Source of the DNA: Oikopleura dioica
Taxonomy: Eukaryota; Animalia; Chordata
DNA length: 64,000 nucleotides
Assembly (NCBI GenBank): GCA_907165135.1
Contig: OU015567.1
Span: forward strand, 4,278,001-4,342,000
Direction of reading: 5' to 3'
Part shown: positions 1 to 13,772 of the stretch, piece after piece
How the letters are laid out: every line of letters starts with the position of its first letter
Position numbering within the stretch: the stretch's first letter is position 1
Program-made: the position numbers and the translations under genes
The notes under the pieces: generated by a model
Told to the model about the DNA's origin: nothing
What the model saw: the letters and a program-made list of their open reading frames with translations, nothing else
The model's database searches: none

Positions 1-1962
1 TTTTCGAAACCGACTTAGGTTTTCCCGCCGAGCCCAGCCTTCATAAATGCAGTTAAATCTGGCTCAAAGGGTTCAAAAAGTGAGGAAACGGCACTTGAGA
101 TAATCCGGTAACCTTTGAGCGACCCTAAACAGTTTGCACAATACCAACTTGTAAGGCTTTTTCGAGGTCTTTGAAGCTTTTGTGTTTCTCTTAAGAATTA
201 TGTGGGATGAAAAATTTCTAAGGAAATCCGAAAAAATGAGGAATAAATTAAAGATGAAAGTGAATTTGCAGCGGATTTATGCAAAGAGTGAATGTTTTTA
301 AACAATTAATTCAAAGCCCGCGGAATTTGTCATTTGTGATGTCGCGAGCTCGATTTTGTTCAAACAAAGACGTCGAAAAGCTCAACACCTGGAAAATCCA
401 ATTCCAGATCCTTATTTTTATAATCAATCTTTGTCAAAAAACATCCTGCAAAATAAAACATATATGCATAAAAATTCATCAAACAAAAAGTAATTTTTTT
501 ATAAATGAAAAAATAATTTGTTATTTTATTAGAAATTAATCAGAATAACAATAAATAGGGGAAGTACTGATTTTCTTTTTCAATCTTTGAGTCCAAATTG
601 AAGCTGGAGCTGACGAATTCTTCGAGCTCGGATGCCACCATCGGAGACTAAAAAATCATAATTGAGGTTGAGTTCGGCTGACAATCTAACCAGAAATGAT
701 AGTGCGCTCTCGAACAGCAAGCCCAAGACTCAATTTCGGCGCATCGAGAGAGCAGTACGTATACGGCTGGCGAATTTCGTCCGAGTTTCCACAAGAGCAC
801 TGGAATCCTCCGAGTGGAAGACGGATCACTTTCTACAGAAACTTCTATAGAGATCTTATTGTACTAAAAGTTGCTTACGAAATTATGCTCGTCATGCTTT
901 GAATGCATAAAACAAGCGGGGCAGATGTACATGTTGCCGTTTATGTCACAGTCCCGGCAGAACATGACCATGTCACCACTGTTCAAAATAACATTGCAGC
1001 CTAAACTCAGTTATTCATCCTCAGCATTCAACTTTTTAAGGATAGTACCTCCCATTTTCAAGAATTTTCCAGAAATCTCTTGAAGCTCAAATGAGCTCGA
1101 ACTTTCCGACTAAGAAGAATATATAAACGCCCTTTTCCTACATTCAGGAAAAAAAGAACTTTCGAAAACACCTTGATATTTAATCACGTGTTCCAAAATG
1201 CGCAAAGGCATTCAAAAAGAAAGAATCATAAAATGATAACAAGACCCTTAAAATCGCTAAATTTGCAAGTTTCTCCAGTTTTGACGATCTTAAGGGTATA
1301 GACATCGATTTTTGTCGGATCTCCAATTTTTATTCTGACCACATTGCATCTTGCATCTTGTGCCCAAGCAGCTTGATGAGCGAGTACTTTTTCGAGCCCC
1401 AGAATTAAGCCTTTCCGTGTGGTGAAAATATTAACCTAGGCAAAAATAATTACCGCACGAAAGTCTCACGATACCGCGGCTCAAGGTACGACCCAAAACC
1501 AAACGTTCATTTCGACGAAACAAAATGTGTTTTTCGAAGTTAAGCCTAATGCAATCTTCGTCCGATAAGGAAGATTTGCTTTGGAGTAGGGTCAACGCCC
1601 GAAAAAGTGAAATTTCAAGCAAAAAATTTGTTTTCAAAAAGTGAGACTTTGACTCATTATCTCCTTTTTTCTGATTATTTCTTCAGCCAACTCGGAGTAC
1701 GTAAGTCGCTGGCTCGCGTAACTAACCCTTTCAATCGTAAAAACTAACACTGTCGTCAGGCGCCCTGTTCTAAAATCAATTTCGCACGGCTCCATTTGAC
1801 CAGATCATCGCGATTCTCGAAAAAGGATTTGCAAAGGAGCAAAGTTATCACAAAAACCAGATTCCAAGGAAAATCATTTAATCTTGATCAGCTTTACAGC
1901 GAATTTTTGAACTCTTCAATTCAGTATTATCAATCAAAAATGTCATGAGAACGGGTCGAAAA

Positions 1963-2118
1963 CCTGTGAAGAAAACCTGAGTCAGGGTCCCAGAAAACTG
2001 TTCATAAAAGCCGCATATCGGCTTATTTTTCAACGAAGCCGCGCAGCGGCTTTGCAAGAATTCAAGATAGAGATCAAGAGGATTATTACACAGACCCAGA
2101 CTCAGATTTCTACACAGG
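1963..2118. mobile_element. 156-bp MITE-like element with CCTGT(G/A)TAGAAAACCTGAGTCAGGGTCC-type terminal inverted repeats and internal AAGCCGC..GCGGCTT hairpins
   Basis: Imperfect inverted termini. A copy of the same length is at 10737-10892, a shortened copy at 56107-56198, and partial copies near 4.2, 9.9-10.0, 11.3-11.4, 29.2 and 44.3 kb. Confidence 0.7.
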
Positions 2119-5100
2119 TTTCTGTCCTCTTTCTCCTGAAAGCCGACTTCTCATAAGAAAAGTCCAATATTGAAATAATTTCTACAGATTCTTAACTCCG
2201 CAACTGGAATCAAAGCCACGTCAACTCTAAGGGCCAACCGATGGTGGATAAATCGGCGATTCACCAATCAGTGGCGGGCGTCATGATGACGTTTCGACAA
2301 TTTTCGAATTCCAGTTGCGGAGTTAAATTTTCTTTTAAAACCTGGATTTTCTCCTTTCTACCTAATGCTTCGGATATAAACTCCCTCTTTCTCCGAACAC
2401 ATGCTCCTCCAGCCGATTTTCCTAATTCACGTAACTCCACCCCACTTCTAGCGTCACTTGATAATCCCATTGCTGCAAATACTATCGGAAACGGCCGCTC
2501 CTATCTCTTCCCAGCCCGCTCGCGCCACCTAGTCCGTCGCTATCGTCAGCGCGAGAGTCTGACTCTGTCGCGATCGCTCAGACTTTTCCGCTCAACAGCG
2601 CCACCGCCGGAAAATGGCCGCGCTCAAAATTTCCTGCTGATTTTCTTCTTTTCTAAAAAATACACTTTTTTGAGTAGAAAAAGACACTTATTATATAACA
2701 GAGAATTCGCAAATAGAAAACTAGAGATTTAACCTGTTTAACCCGCCGCCGCAGAATTTTCGTCTCGCCCACGTCGTGTTTAATTTTATAAATTTAAGTC
2801 GTTATATATTTTAAATAAGGAAAAATGTGTTGCATCACGTGGGACAGACAGAAAACAATCTGGGCGCTAAGAATTCTATCAGAAGTGCTTTTCTGCTCAG
2901 GAATGGTATCTGTTGTTGCTGCCTTCACGCTTGGGGTAAGTGAGAATTTCCAAAACACACGATTTTGACGACAAGATTTTGGACTCGAGTTATTTGGAAA
3001 ACCAAATTTTTTGATACTTAGGAGCACATCAAAATATTTGAGTTGAGGGCCAAAAAACGGTGAATTTTGGTCTGAAAATCATTCATAAACAAGAGAGTCG
3101 GGGCTTTTATACAAACAAAGCCGCAACGCGGCTTTGCAAAATATAGCTCCATGTTATTTTTTGTTTTATTGATTGGTCAAAAATTTGTTTAGTTTTTGAT
3201 CAAAATTTTCGAATTTTTGGTGAAAGCTAAGATACCCTTATTTTCGACTCATGCAACCTTAAAATAAGGGTATCTCAACTTAAATTCTATGAAAAAAGTC
3301 ATGTCAAATCTGGATTGTAATATTACCCAGGATAGAACTTTTATTGCACATCATAATTTTTTATGCAACATCCAAGAATGCCATCCCTCCCGAAAACAAA
3401 AATAATTCTTCATTCTTCAAAATTATGGTTTGAAAGTGGCAATCCGTTAGAACTCTCGTTCAGCTGCCACATTGTGCCTATCTGCATAATTCCGCCAAAT
3501 TCGATCTTTTCTTTCAATTTTTTTGCAAATTGAAACTTTGAAAACTTTCGAAAGAAAGCCCAATTCATCTTTTACCACGTAAGAGGTGCTCTAGAACGTC
3601 TCCGGCCGCGGTTTTACCCGGTGCGAAATTTCTGATTGCGCTGATTTATGGTTTGATTAATAGTTTTTTGAACAGTGTCCAGATTTGGGGCGATTAACTC
3701 GCCGCGACCAGAGTTTGGTTTCTCTGACGAGGGAAGAAAGAGGCGCAGAAATTCGAGAGATTAGATAGTCCACAAGATTCGCGAGATTATCTAATTTTTA
3801 ATGATGCTTGGAGAAAATTGAATTGAGCTTTTTGATTGAAAAATTTAAAAAAAAAATATTTTTTTGAAAAAAAATGCAAGAAGATAAAAATTAAAAAACT
3901 TTCCCAGCAACAAAATCGCAGCGAAAAAAATCTTGGCTCACTGAAAAAAAAAGATTCCAAACGAACATTCTTTTGGCGGAGAGCTCGGTTTTGGAGATCC
4001 GCGAGTTAGAACACGTTGAGCCAAGAGGAATGCATATTTTTGCGAAAGGGTCTTATTTCGGAATTTGCGCCTCGAAAAGGTGAAAATGGGAAAGTGGCCC
4101 GACGGTCGGAACTTGTGCCCGGGCGGGATTCCTTGTTTTTCATTTCTATAATTATAAGTTGGACTCAGAAACCTGTGTAGAACCCTGAGAAAGGGGTCTT
4201 TAAGATCTATAATAACAAGCCGCAAAGCGGCTTTTTTTTAATACGAAGCCGCTTAGCGGCTTTTCAAAGCAATATTTACAGTGATTTAAGGGTACTACCT
4301 TTGATTTCCAGAATAATGAAAAAATTCCGTTCATTCGGGCAATCGAAGGTAGTACCCTTAAATTCAATAAGCGTTAAGTTCTTGCGAAGCCGCTTTGCGG
4401 CTTTCCATTCAGGATTTTTTGGACCCTCATCTGGTTTTCTATATGGGTTGCCTAGTCCAGAAGTCACGTGATAAAACAGGCTTGAAGGGAAGAAATTATT
4501 ATTACGATAATTCTAAAATAACCATTTTTGGATAAGAGCACGTTGCTTCCGTATTTTCAATATTTAGCGATAAGCAAGCTAATTCAAAGGCTGAAAAAAC
4601 TCCGTCTTTTTTTTCGAAAAATTTGACTCTTGAACTCGGGATTTCTAGAGCTTCAATCATCCCCTCTTTTTTGAAAAACCTCCAGCTTGAAAAATACACA
4701 GGGCTTACGTAAGCTCTAAGAACAATATTTTCTCAAAGCGGTAAAAAACGCGCACGAGCGTGATAGTTAACAGATTTGATAAGCGTTTTAGAGCTCTAGT
4801 AACGGATCTTTGAAGTTGATATCTGATGGAAAATTTACTTTCCAACCCTTCAAAAAAGTAGCTTCAATTGCCGAGTATCTGCAAAATCGGAGTTTTCAAC
4901 TGGAAAATTATCCAGCTATCCGAATAATTATATCTTTGTTTAAGGGTACTCTCTTCGATTTCCAAAAGTACCAAAATATCTGTCAGTTCCTGACTCAGGT
5001 TTTCTTCACAGGTTGTCGAAAATTTTCTTTTAAAATAATGTTAATTTCAACAACTTAAAATAACAAGAAAAACATCGCGAAATCGTCTTTTTGACCAAAA

Positions 5101-6009
5101 TTTCTCGTCAATAAGTTGTCCAAATCGTTGATTAATTACTAATTAGTTCGTTCCAGTACATATATCAACCAGTGGATCAATGTTTTTTCTGGTCTATACA
5201 ACCTGCCATAAAAATACAACAGAAGTCGACAGGACGCTGCCCAATTTTAGCAGAAATTTGCGTTCCCCGATAAGAGTAGAGTTAAGGGCACCCCGTGAGA
5301 AAATATTTTGTAACTTGTCAAGAAGATAATGGAACAAGAAAACAGAAAAGAAAAGGTTCATTTTAGAGAAAAAAGCAATCAACAAAATATGCAGATTTTT
5401 TCTTGAGAAAGAAAAACGATTGCATAATTAAAAAAAAAATTCTCAAAAAAAAATCCGAAAATCATCATTTTCTGAAAAAGAAATGAAAAAGGCAAACAAA
5501 GCTGTTTAGTAAACAAAAAGATTCTGACGGGAACGGGGCTCTGAACTTTTGGCAATGTGGGAAGCAAAAGGTCTTTCCGAGAAAATTAACTGTCCATGTA
5601 AATGGAATTTTCGACATGCCCAGCACCGCCCGTTCCAGCGTTAATTCGGCGGGAAATTGTTATAAAATAGAAGTTTTAAGGACTTGCTCAATTAACAACT
5701 TTGGCTCAAATCATGAAAGTGCTCTAAAAGTAAGCTCAGAAGGTAAAGAAGCCGCAAGAATTTATCCAGCGGCGCGGGGCTAGAAACGCGCAACCACAGC
5801 ACGAAACTGATAAGAAAAAGGAAAGAAACCGTAGTCGCGGGAGTAGTTATATCACTCGTCAGTAATCCCTGGTTCGCGCATCTAAATCCGCAGCCGAGCC
5901 CAACAGCTGAGAGAGGCGATAAACGGACAAGTACAGCTCCAGTAACAAATTAGCTAACAGATAGGCTGCTTTAACTTTTTAGGCGATGGATAATTGAGGC
6001 GACACTGGA

Positions 6010-6208
6010 AAAGTCGGCGAATGTCACCGAATATCGCAAAATGTCGCAAAATGTCGCCAAATGTCGCTGAATGTCGCTGAAGATCACCAAATGTCGCTGA
6101 GTGTCGCCGAATGTCGCCCCTCATTTTCCGCGACATTCGGGAATATTTTTCGACATTCAGTGACATTCGGCGACATTTTGCGACATTTGGCGACATTCTG
6201 CGACTTTC
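6010..6208. repeat. Fold-back 10-bp minisatellite (ATGTCGCNRA units followed by inverted CGACATTYNG units)
   Basis: About 10 units at 6010-6118 and about 7 reverse-complement units at 6129-6208, read directly. Confidence 0.9.
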
Positions 6209-7188
6209 CTAGGGCGCACCGATTATTGGATCATTAAAATGAGAATTTATTTCATGTTAAAATTGGCCTTCTTGTACAAAGAGATTTATTTTTGGAAATA
6301 TGTAATTTTCCGTGAATTTAAGTGAAAATCCTTTTGAAGCATGAAATCTTCTAGCCTCTTGTAAAAATCTTGGCTCTTTTAAAAAAACCCGATTTTGTAT
6401 TTTTCGTGTAGAAGGGATTTTGAAAACTCGATCAAATCGTGCCAAAACTAAGCCTGTTACAGGAAACCGCACTCCATCAGCGCGCGTGACGCAGGCTTTT
6501 TGCAACTAGTTTTTTCAAACTAGAAAAAGAAAAGCTCCAGAGCTGGTAAAAGGATGCTGGAAACACGATTTTTGCGATTGATGAAATTGAGTTAGATTTT
6601 CGCGACAACGCCAATCCCGGCGGTGTTCACGAATTAGATTTTTCGGGGATACGTGGGCTTTCGCTGATTTCGCGCTCGTGAATTTTTTACTGAAATTTTT
6701 GAAAAATTTTGATTTGACAAAATTACTATACAAATAACGAAATGACTCAAAACTGACAAAAATAGCCTCTAAAAATAATGTTTTCTCCGATCGAAATTAA
6801 AGAATGCGCTGATTAACCAACCTTCTGGCCACAAAATGCTTTTCGATTTACACATTTAACTGGCGAGAGTAATTTTTCGAATTCGACGAGCACGATAATC
6901 GACAGCGATCAAGCCCCAGCCGACCACAGTGACTCGTGCTCTTACGCCGCCCGAGCCGCGAAAAATAGTTTTCGCCAAAACCAAAACTATTTTTTCTAAA
7001 CGGAGATTATCCGTCTTGCTTAAACCTACAGTGGCTTCTTTGTTAATTTCAAGAAAGCCCTTGTTTGGGGCAAAAATTGAGATAACTGACGTGTTCAATG
7101 AATTTTTGAATAAAAAAGTGAAAGCATTTATTCCAAAAGAAAACAGAACAAGAACCTCTTGACGCTTTTGAAGCTCTAGAATCAGCGA

Positions 7189-8061
7189 TCAATCTTCTTT
7201 TCCTTCGTTTATAACGACGTGCTTCTTCAACTGGCTTCGCATATCCACCTGTTTGCCCTTGTTGCCAAGCAGAGTCTTCATCATTTGAGCGACAGTGACC
7301 TTTATTTTCGATGAAAAAGAGCGAATTTAACAATTCAGAAAAGAATCAGCACTTTCTACTTTTGGATCGAAACATTCCATTTTATGTAACAACCAGGGCT
7401 TAAAAAAGCTGCTGTGGGAAATCTACATCTAAAAGAAGAAGCATGTCTTGGTTAGCTAATCGCCCTGTTATCACCGATTCCTTGACACGTTTCAGCGCTG
7501 GCTTCTTGAATTTCGCTAAAAAAGCTGCAATTTTTCGTTTAAAAATATCAAAAATGATGATTCATCATCGAGGAAAGGGGTTAGGGTTAGAATGAAAGAG
7601 GGGTTAAGGCAAATTAACCCCCCGCCGGCGGTGTGGATCAAAATTTACCTTTGATATCCTGAATTCGTTTCTGGAGCTCTATAATTTCCCTTGCTTGTTT
7701 TTCATGTTTCGTCTCGAGATCGTACTTGTTGTCGTCGCATTTGTCGCACATTCCTTAAAACCGCCCGTTTTAAAAATTTTGAATTTCCGGACTCCTTTGC
7801 TAATTCCCGAATTAATCTTTCGACCCCGCCTTATCTCTCTCCTACCGTGCAAATCTCGGCAGAGCTGTTTCAGCGCTTCCTCGTCCAGAGAATCTAAAAG
7901 AAAAAAGGATTTGAAAGTTGAAATAATTGAAAAAGGGGCTTACCAAGATCGGGGAAAGCTGGGACTCGCTCGGCAAGAGCAGCTTCTCGTTTCGCCTGAG
8001 CTTCTTGTTCTCGCTTGGTGGCTTCGTCGAGGGCCCATTTGATCAAGGAGCATTTCTTCAT
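7189..8061 (-). CDS. TNNI: Troponin I (multi-exon; 5' end uncertain; short C-terminus)
   Basis: Spliced translation ...AKREAALAERVPAFPDL|DSLDEEALKQLCRDLH|GMCDKCDDNKYDLETKHEKQAREIIELQKRIQDIK|AKFKKPALKRVK|VTVAQMMKTLLGNKGKQVDMRSQLKKHVVINEGKED*. This matches TnI hallmarks (LAER.P, LC..LH, YDLE, KFK.P.L.RV, MM..LLG) and the introns are phase-compatible. Confidence 0.85.
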
Positions 8062-9426
8062 GGGGTTTCGTAAAAATGGATTTATGAAATCTACTATTCC
8101 GAAAATTCTCTAATAGTCTTAAAATTATATTTTATTTATTTGTTATTTTTAAAATTTTATTCATGAAATTTATTAAAATATGAATTTTATTATTCAAAAA
8201 TTTTGTTAAGAAATAATTTTTTATTATATAAAATAAACAATCGATTCCAAATTCTTATTTTTGATTTTCGAAACCTTCCAATTGTTGCATCCTCAGCGGC
8301 GAAATTCGCTGGTCGTATGGCAAACTCATCTTTCTTCTTCCCGCCATTTTTTGTTCTTCTTTTTTCTTTTCTCCCTAAAAATCTTAGTGACCAGCATCTG
8401 GATGTTTTATCTTTTTCTTCCAATTTTCGATGATTGGACTGATCATCTCATGATCGAATTTTTCACAATTTTTGGAATCTTTTTTGTAAATTTATTTTTC
8501 CATTTTTAGAAAAAAACTGGCAGCTGCTGATCCACTTTTCTAAGTCGGATAGCTGCTCTGGGTTTTAAGGAGAGGCAGGCTGCGTCTTCTCTAAGCTGAG
8601 GCATAAAAAATGAGGGATTATGAATAAAGCCGCGAAAGTGGTGGAAATCATTTACGCGTCTTACGAGTGGTAATTAGAGCTGAGCGTGAGAAGTTGCCCG
8701 AGATGATAGCTAAGGGACTCTACTCTCGAACTCACGTGGCTTTTTCGACTCACGTGTATACATTTATAGAAACCTTGAGATTTCTAGAGCTGATCAAATC
8801 GGGATTATTGGTCATAAAAGTGGGTCAAAAATTTTGACTCAAAACTATCAATCGAGAAGCCGTTTGCGGCTTCGAGCGAAACAACGGTTAAAGCCGCACA
8901 AAGCGCGGCTCATATTTTGCTTCTCGAAGCCGCAAGCGGGTTTTTGACTCGAAATTTCGACATATTTTACGAAAGACATAATCTTACGAAAATATCAAAA
9001 AGTTAAAATACCTTATGAAAATCTCTCTTTTCCTCCTCAAAAGGGTCAAAATCGAAGTCCTTTGCCGCGCGGCGGCAATAAAGGAAGTTGCTAGGTTTGA
9101 GCTATAAACACCTGCTGCTGGATTAGGCTGGTTAAAAATCGTTTGACTCCTCCGCAAGATCACGAGTAAATTTACTTCTTCGACGTTTGGCGACAGTATT
9201 AGGACATATATCACTCATCGCTTCTCAATTATTTTATTGGCCCTTTTTTCTGTAAAAATTTGGGATTAGGGTTATTCTAAGGTTTAAAATTTGAGGGCTT
9301 TTGAGGCGAAAAATGGGTCGAAATTAAATATTTTGAGTTAAAAATTTCAGTTTTTACAAAAAATTGCTCCAAAATTATTTTTTAATTTTTTAGAATTTTT
9401 TTCCAAAAATTAACAAATTTATTTTA

Positions 9427-12017
9427 GCAAGGATCCTGGAACGTCTACTCCCTCGTCGCCGGCCTCTGCCTCTTCCTTTTCGCCGCCATCTGCTTGGCCT
9501 CCAGCTTTTGTATACAGTAAGTTTGAAGTTAGCCCCTTGAATTAGAAGAATACTGATCGTTGCGAATTTAGAATTCAAGACTCGAAATCTGTTCATAAAA
9601 AGCTGCGGCGAGTTTTTTCCGAAAATATCTTCCTCCGTTTATTTGTCAGAACGGTGAATTTCTCACCACTAGAGATTCAACACGGAACCGAAAATTGCTA
9701 CCTCACGTGATTCTTTTCGAGGCTAGAATTGTATATCTAACCGGTTTGATTTTTTCTCCTTCCGTTGTTGACTTTTGTTTCCATTAGAAATAAGTTTTGA
9801 TATTTATTTGAGACCTAAGACAGGTCTGAAAGTTTCCAAATGAAAAGCCGCGTAGCGGCTTTTTCAAAGACGAAGCCGCGAAGCGGCTTTATAAGAACTT
9901 TCCGTTCCTGAGTCAGGAATCCTGACTCAGATTTTCTACATTTTGTTTTTCCCATCAATTTTGTAGAAAAACTGAGTCAGAATCTAAAAGCTATGATAAA
10001 AGTTGTTACTCAAATCCTGACTCAGGGTTTGAACTCACAGGTTTCTGCGCTCATTTTCGGTGAGAGTTGTGTCTAAAATCCACTTTCACGGGTGGTTGAC
10101 TTATGCCACGTGTGTCGGAAAAAGAATGCAAGAAATGTTCTATTTTTTATCAAAAAATTCCCCACCTGCTCTTTTCTACTCAACCTTTTTTCTTTCCTTT
10201 ATGAATTTTTTAGTGATAATTTTTTTGGAAAGGATTTCTGGAAATTATGACTTCTTCTTGTCTTGTCCGACAAAAAGAATCAACCGCGAAAAAATGTCCG
10301 ACAAGAATCAGATAATCAAGATGAGATTACCTTAGTTCTCATTTCTCATTTTGCAATTTTTGAATTCAAAAACTGATCTTAGAAATTTTCGATTCAAATT
10401 TGTAAACTTCGATCTTTGGCAAATTTCATGGCTAGTAAGACTAAGTGATTCAATTGCGGAAAAAGCAGGAAACCGATCACGTGATTGCCGAGATTTCTAG
10501 CGACGAGCTTCTATCAAAAATTAATCCAAGAGCCAAAATAGTCCTTTGATTTCTTGTTGCGCCAACACACGTTTTTTTGGGAGTCCCAAAATTGAGGGCG
10601 AAATCGGCGTAAAAATCAATCCCGGATTGGCCGAATTCCGGTTTTCCGAAGAAATCGCAGGAAAAGTTCGTCTTTTTCAAGTTGATCTGACCGAGATCAG
10701 CCCAGGTCAAGAATGGGTAAAAGTAAGGCTCGGTTACCTGTATAGAAAACCTGAGTCAGGGTCCTTAAAGAGCTTGATTGAAAGCCGCATAGCGGCTTTT
10801 CTAAATATAAAGCCGCAAAATGCCTTCGGCAAAATGACCAGTTGAATGTGTCGCGAAGTTTTGAGGACCCTGACTCAGGTTTTCTACACAGGTTTCCGAG
10901 CAAAAAACAAAAACAGTAAAACGAGACAACGTAAGACTAAGACGCTCCAGGTGAAAATTAGTTGCACAAATCGTGAATTTTAATTTCGCCTCTGAGAGTT
11001 TCCACTCCAAAGTCGCCGTTTCTAAAAAGAGCGGCGACATTCGACATTGTCAAAATTGAAAATTGCGACTTTGAGATGTTCTAATTTTCAAAATTTCGTT
11101 ACCTTCCTCGCGCGGAAATTAAGGGGCTCTCGCTGTTTTCGCAACATGAACAAATTGACGGTTGGAGAGATGCACAAATCGATGATTAATGGACTTTTTA
11201 CGCGATGGATTGTGTATTAGAAAGATGTTCATTTTCTGTCGTTTAGATGCTTTTATGAAAAAAGTACAGAATCCTGAGTCAGGTTCATAAAAATTTTTAT
11301 TGAAAAACCGTAAAATCGACTTTTGGCAAAGCCGCTTCGCGGCTTAGTTTTTAAAAAGAAAGCCGCTACGCGGCTTTTCATTAAAATTCTCTTGACTCAG
11401 GCTTTCTATACAGGTTCTTGAACCTGCTTTTTTGTTCTCTAACCCTAACCCTAACCCTAACCTCAACTAAATAATGAATGAAAATTCATTGCAAGAAAAT
11501 CGAATTTTTCAAGCATTTTCAAAGAAATTGTTTTTGTCAAGTCATGTTTTTTCTTGACAAATGCGCGTCAGAATATTTTCAAACGAACACGTGATTACAA
11601 AAACTTGAGGCTTACCTTCTAACGCAGCTATCTCGGTATCTTGTCCGCCCAAATCATTTTTGTTTACGCTCAAACGAAAACAAACCTCGTCCCGCATTCA
11701 ACAGCTTCTCAAAATAAGCTTTCTAGAGCAGAAAAAAACCACAGAGGAGGATTTTCGGAAGATTCGTTTTTTGGCAAAAGTGCTTTTGAAAATAATCAAA
11801 TTCTTTTTTCAGCAGCGACGAAGCAAAAACAATGAAAGAGCCGGTGCGAACAATCACACTCCCCTCCGGCGCCGACTTTGAATCTTCCTTCGTCCAGTCC
11901 GTGATAAACGGACATCGCTTGGAAAGCGCCGATACTGGAAAACACAAGTTCCCCTCGATGAAATCAATCCCTGTGGATTCCCTCGCTACAGACACAGACA
12001 CGGATAGATATTTTTGA
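9427..12017 (+). CDS. Probable exons of an uncharacterised membrane-protein gene (model incomplete)
   Basis: AG/GT-bounded exon encoding a TM segment (WNVYSLVAGLCLFLFAAICLASSFCI, ~9430-9517), a coding-like exon at ~10550-10715 and a terminal exon at ~11810-12017. That they belong to one gene is not established. Confidence 0.35.
10737..10892. mobile_element. 156-bp MITE-like element (same family as 1963-2118)
   Basis: ~28-bp inverted termini CCTGTATAGAAAACCTGAGTCAGGGTCC / GGACCCTGACTCAGGTTTTCTACACAGG. Confidence 0.75.
11440..11462. repeat. Interstitial telomere-like (TAACCC)3-4
   Basis: taaccctaaccctaaccctaacc read directly. Confidence 0.7.
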
Positions 12018-13427
12018 CTCGAATTTTTCAGCAAGCAGGAAAATTATAAAAAATATTCAAATTTTCATTAAAATAAATTATTTTCAAAAAAAAAAAAATC
12101 AAAAGAGGAAAAAGCCGCTTGCGGCTTTTACGAATTCTTCAAATAAAGAAACGCCGCGTGCGGCTCTTATTTTTAATGCTCAGTTAGAGCATTATTTTTT
12201 CAGTTATTTTGGAAGGCATCCTTTTCTAAAAAAAAAGCCGACTTCCCTTTATTAAATTGTTGTTTATTTTATTTTTGCATGGCATGTATCATTTCAATGC
12301 AGCGATCAGAGTGCGCAGGAAGCAAACAGGAAATCCCAGCTTTCCGTCACAGCGCATTCTTCCCCCGAGTGCAAGGGGTCCAAACTGCGCTTGATAAATA
12401 AAAATTCCTGATTTTCATCGGGAGAGTGGAGATTCTCCACTGGAGAATTATCCGTCAAGATCTATTGTCAATTTTAATAGTTTACTTCCTCTCTGAATAG
12501 TTTATTGCTGATATGTTATCGGAGACATTAGAACAAAAATGAAGACAATTTTCCGATCAAGAAATTTCGATCGTAATCAGGGACCATTATTTCTAAATTA
12601 TCTGATTATTCATTATCCTGATTATCTCGCTCATTCAGATAATATTTGCCTTTGTCCACTTTTTTTCTACGATTTTCACCAAAGATGTAGATTCAGTCCA
12701 TTCTTTTTATCGAATTGATACACATACCATGTGAGCTTTCTTTTTCAACTTTAATATAATTACTTTAATTATCTACCAGATAATTTAACATGATCGACTA
12801 TGCAAAACATTCTTTAGTGATACAAACAAGCAATTCTAAAATATGATGGACATTTATGTTGATCAAACTTCAAATAGAAAAGTTGTTTCGAGCATTTTTG
12901 AACAAGTCATTTACTATCATATTTTGAAAACATATATTTTGGGCTCTAAAATGAACAACTTTCGTCGTATTTTTCCATTGAAAAAATTGAAAAACAGATT
13001 TTTGAGAATAATTTACAGCCCTTTACATACGGGTTTTAAATTAGATTTGATTTTATTTAACAAATTTTTGCTTAAAAAATCAACCTAAAAATGTTAATAT
13101 CGAATCTAAAACCCTTTGAAAACAGGACAGGGTCTTAATTTTTTTCTTACTCGTTTATTTTCTCAAATCAAAGATCGTTTTTTCAAGGAAAGATTTTTTT
13201 TATTGACCCCCTAAAGAAATGGGCTAAACTTAGTTGTTTTAAACCTGGAGCATTTGAGCTTCGTCGATTTTTGACTCGCTGTTGATCATTTCAATTAGCC
13301 CATTGAAAGTTATCCAAATGTTGCTTCCAAAGCACGTCGCGCGAAGGTTATTATCATCTCATTTTTGTCTTCTCTAGCCCCTTATTTTCCTGAACCTCAA
13401 ATCTAAACAAAGCTCTAGAACGACCGA

Positions 13428-13772
13428 ATGGAGGTGATCAACGAAGATGACCAGATGAGCAATGCTAAGACAGCTTCTAAGTTGTCGGATTCAGGTTCAA
13501 AAACGCAGAAAAATCGCGAAAAAAGGCAAAAGAATGGAAATAAAATGGATTTTTCTAGCGTCGGATGAAGGATTCAACTCGGGAAATCAATCACCAGAGC
13601 CAGAGGAAAGTTCCAGAAGACGAGATCGAAGAAGAAATTTCAGAGACGGTGAGAAAGCTCAAAATAAGTCCATTTTTCGGATCAAAAATGACACTTTTCT
13701 GGACCGATTTTTTCAGAGTCGAAAAAGCGCCGCCGAAACCGAAAGGACAACAACCCAATTTCAAAGATCTAA
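13428..13772 (+). CDS. Small 3-exon basic low-complexity protein (~75 aa), with decayed copies at ~15.6 and ~42.1 kb
   Basis: MEVINEDDQMSNAKTASKLSDS|ASDEGFNSGNQSPEPEESSRRRDRRRNFRD|ESKKRRRNRKDNNPISKI* with GT-AG introns in phase. No family recognised. Confidence 0.4.

Noticed and set aside
600-3620. Scattered coding-like fragments (662-850, 2261-2470, ~2890-2935)
   Set aside because: I could not assemble a phase-consistent gene model or recognise a family.
5954-6196. 80-aa ORF MSPNVAKCRR...
   Set aside because: It is a translation of the 10-bp fold-back minisatellite.
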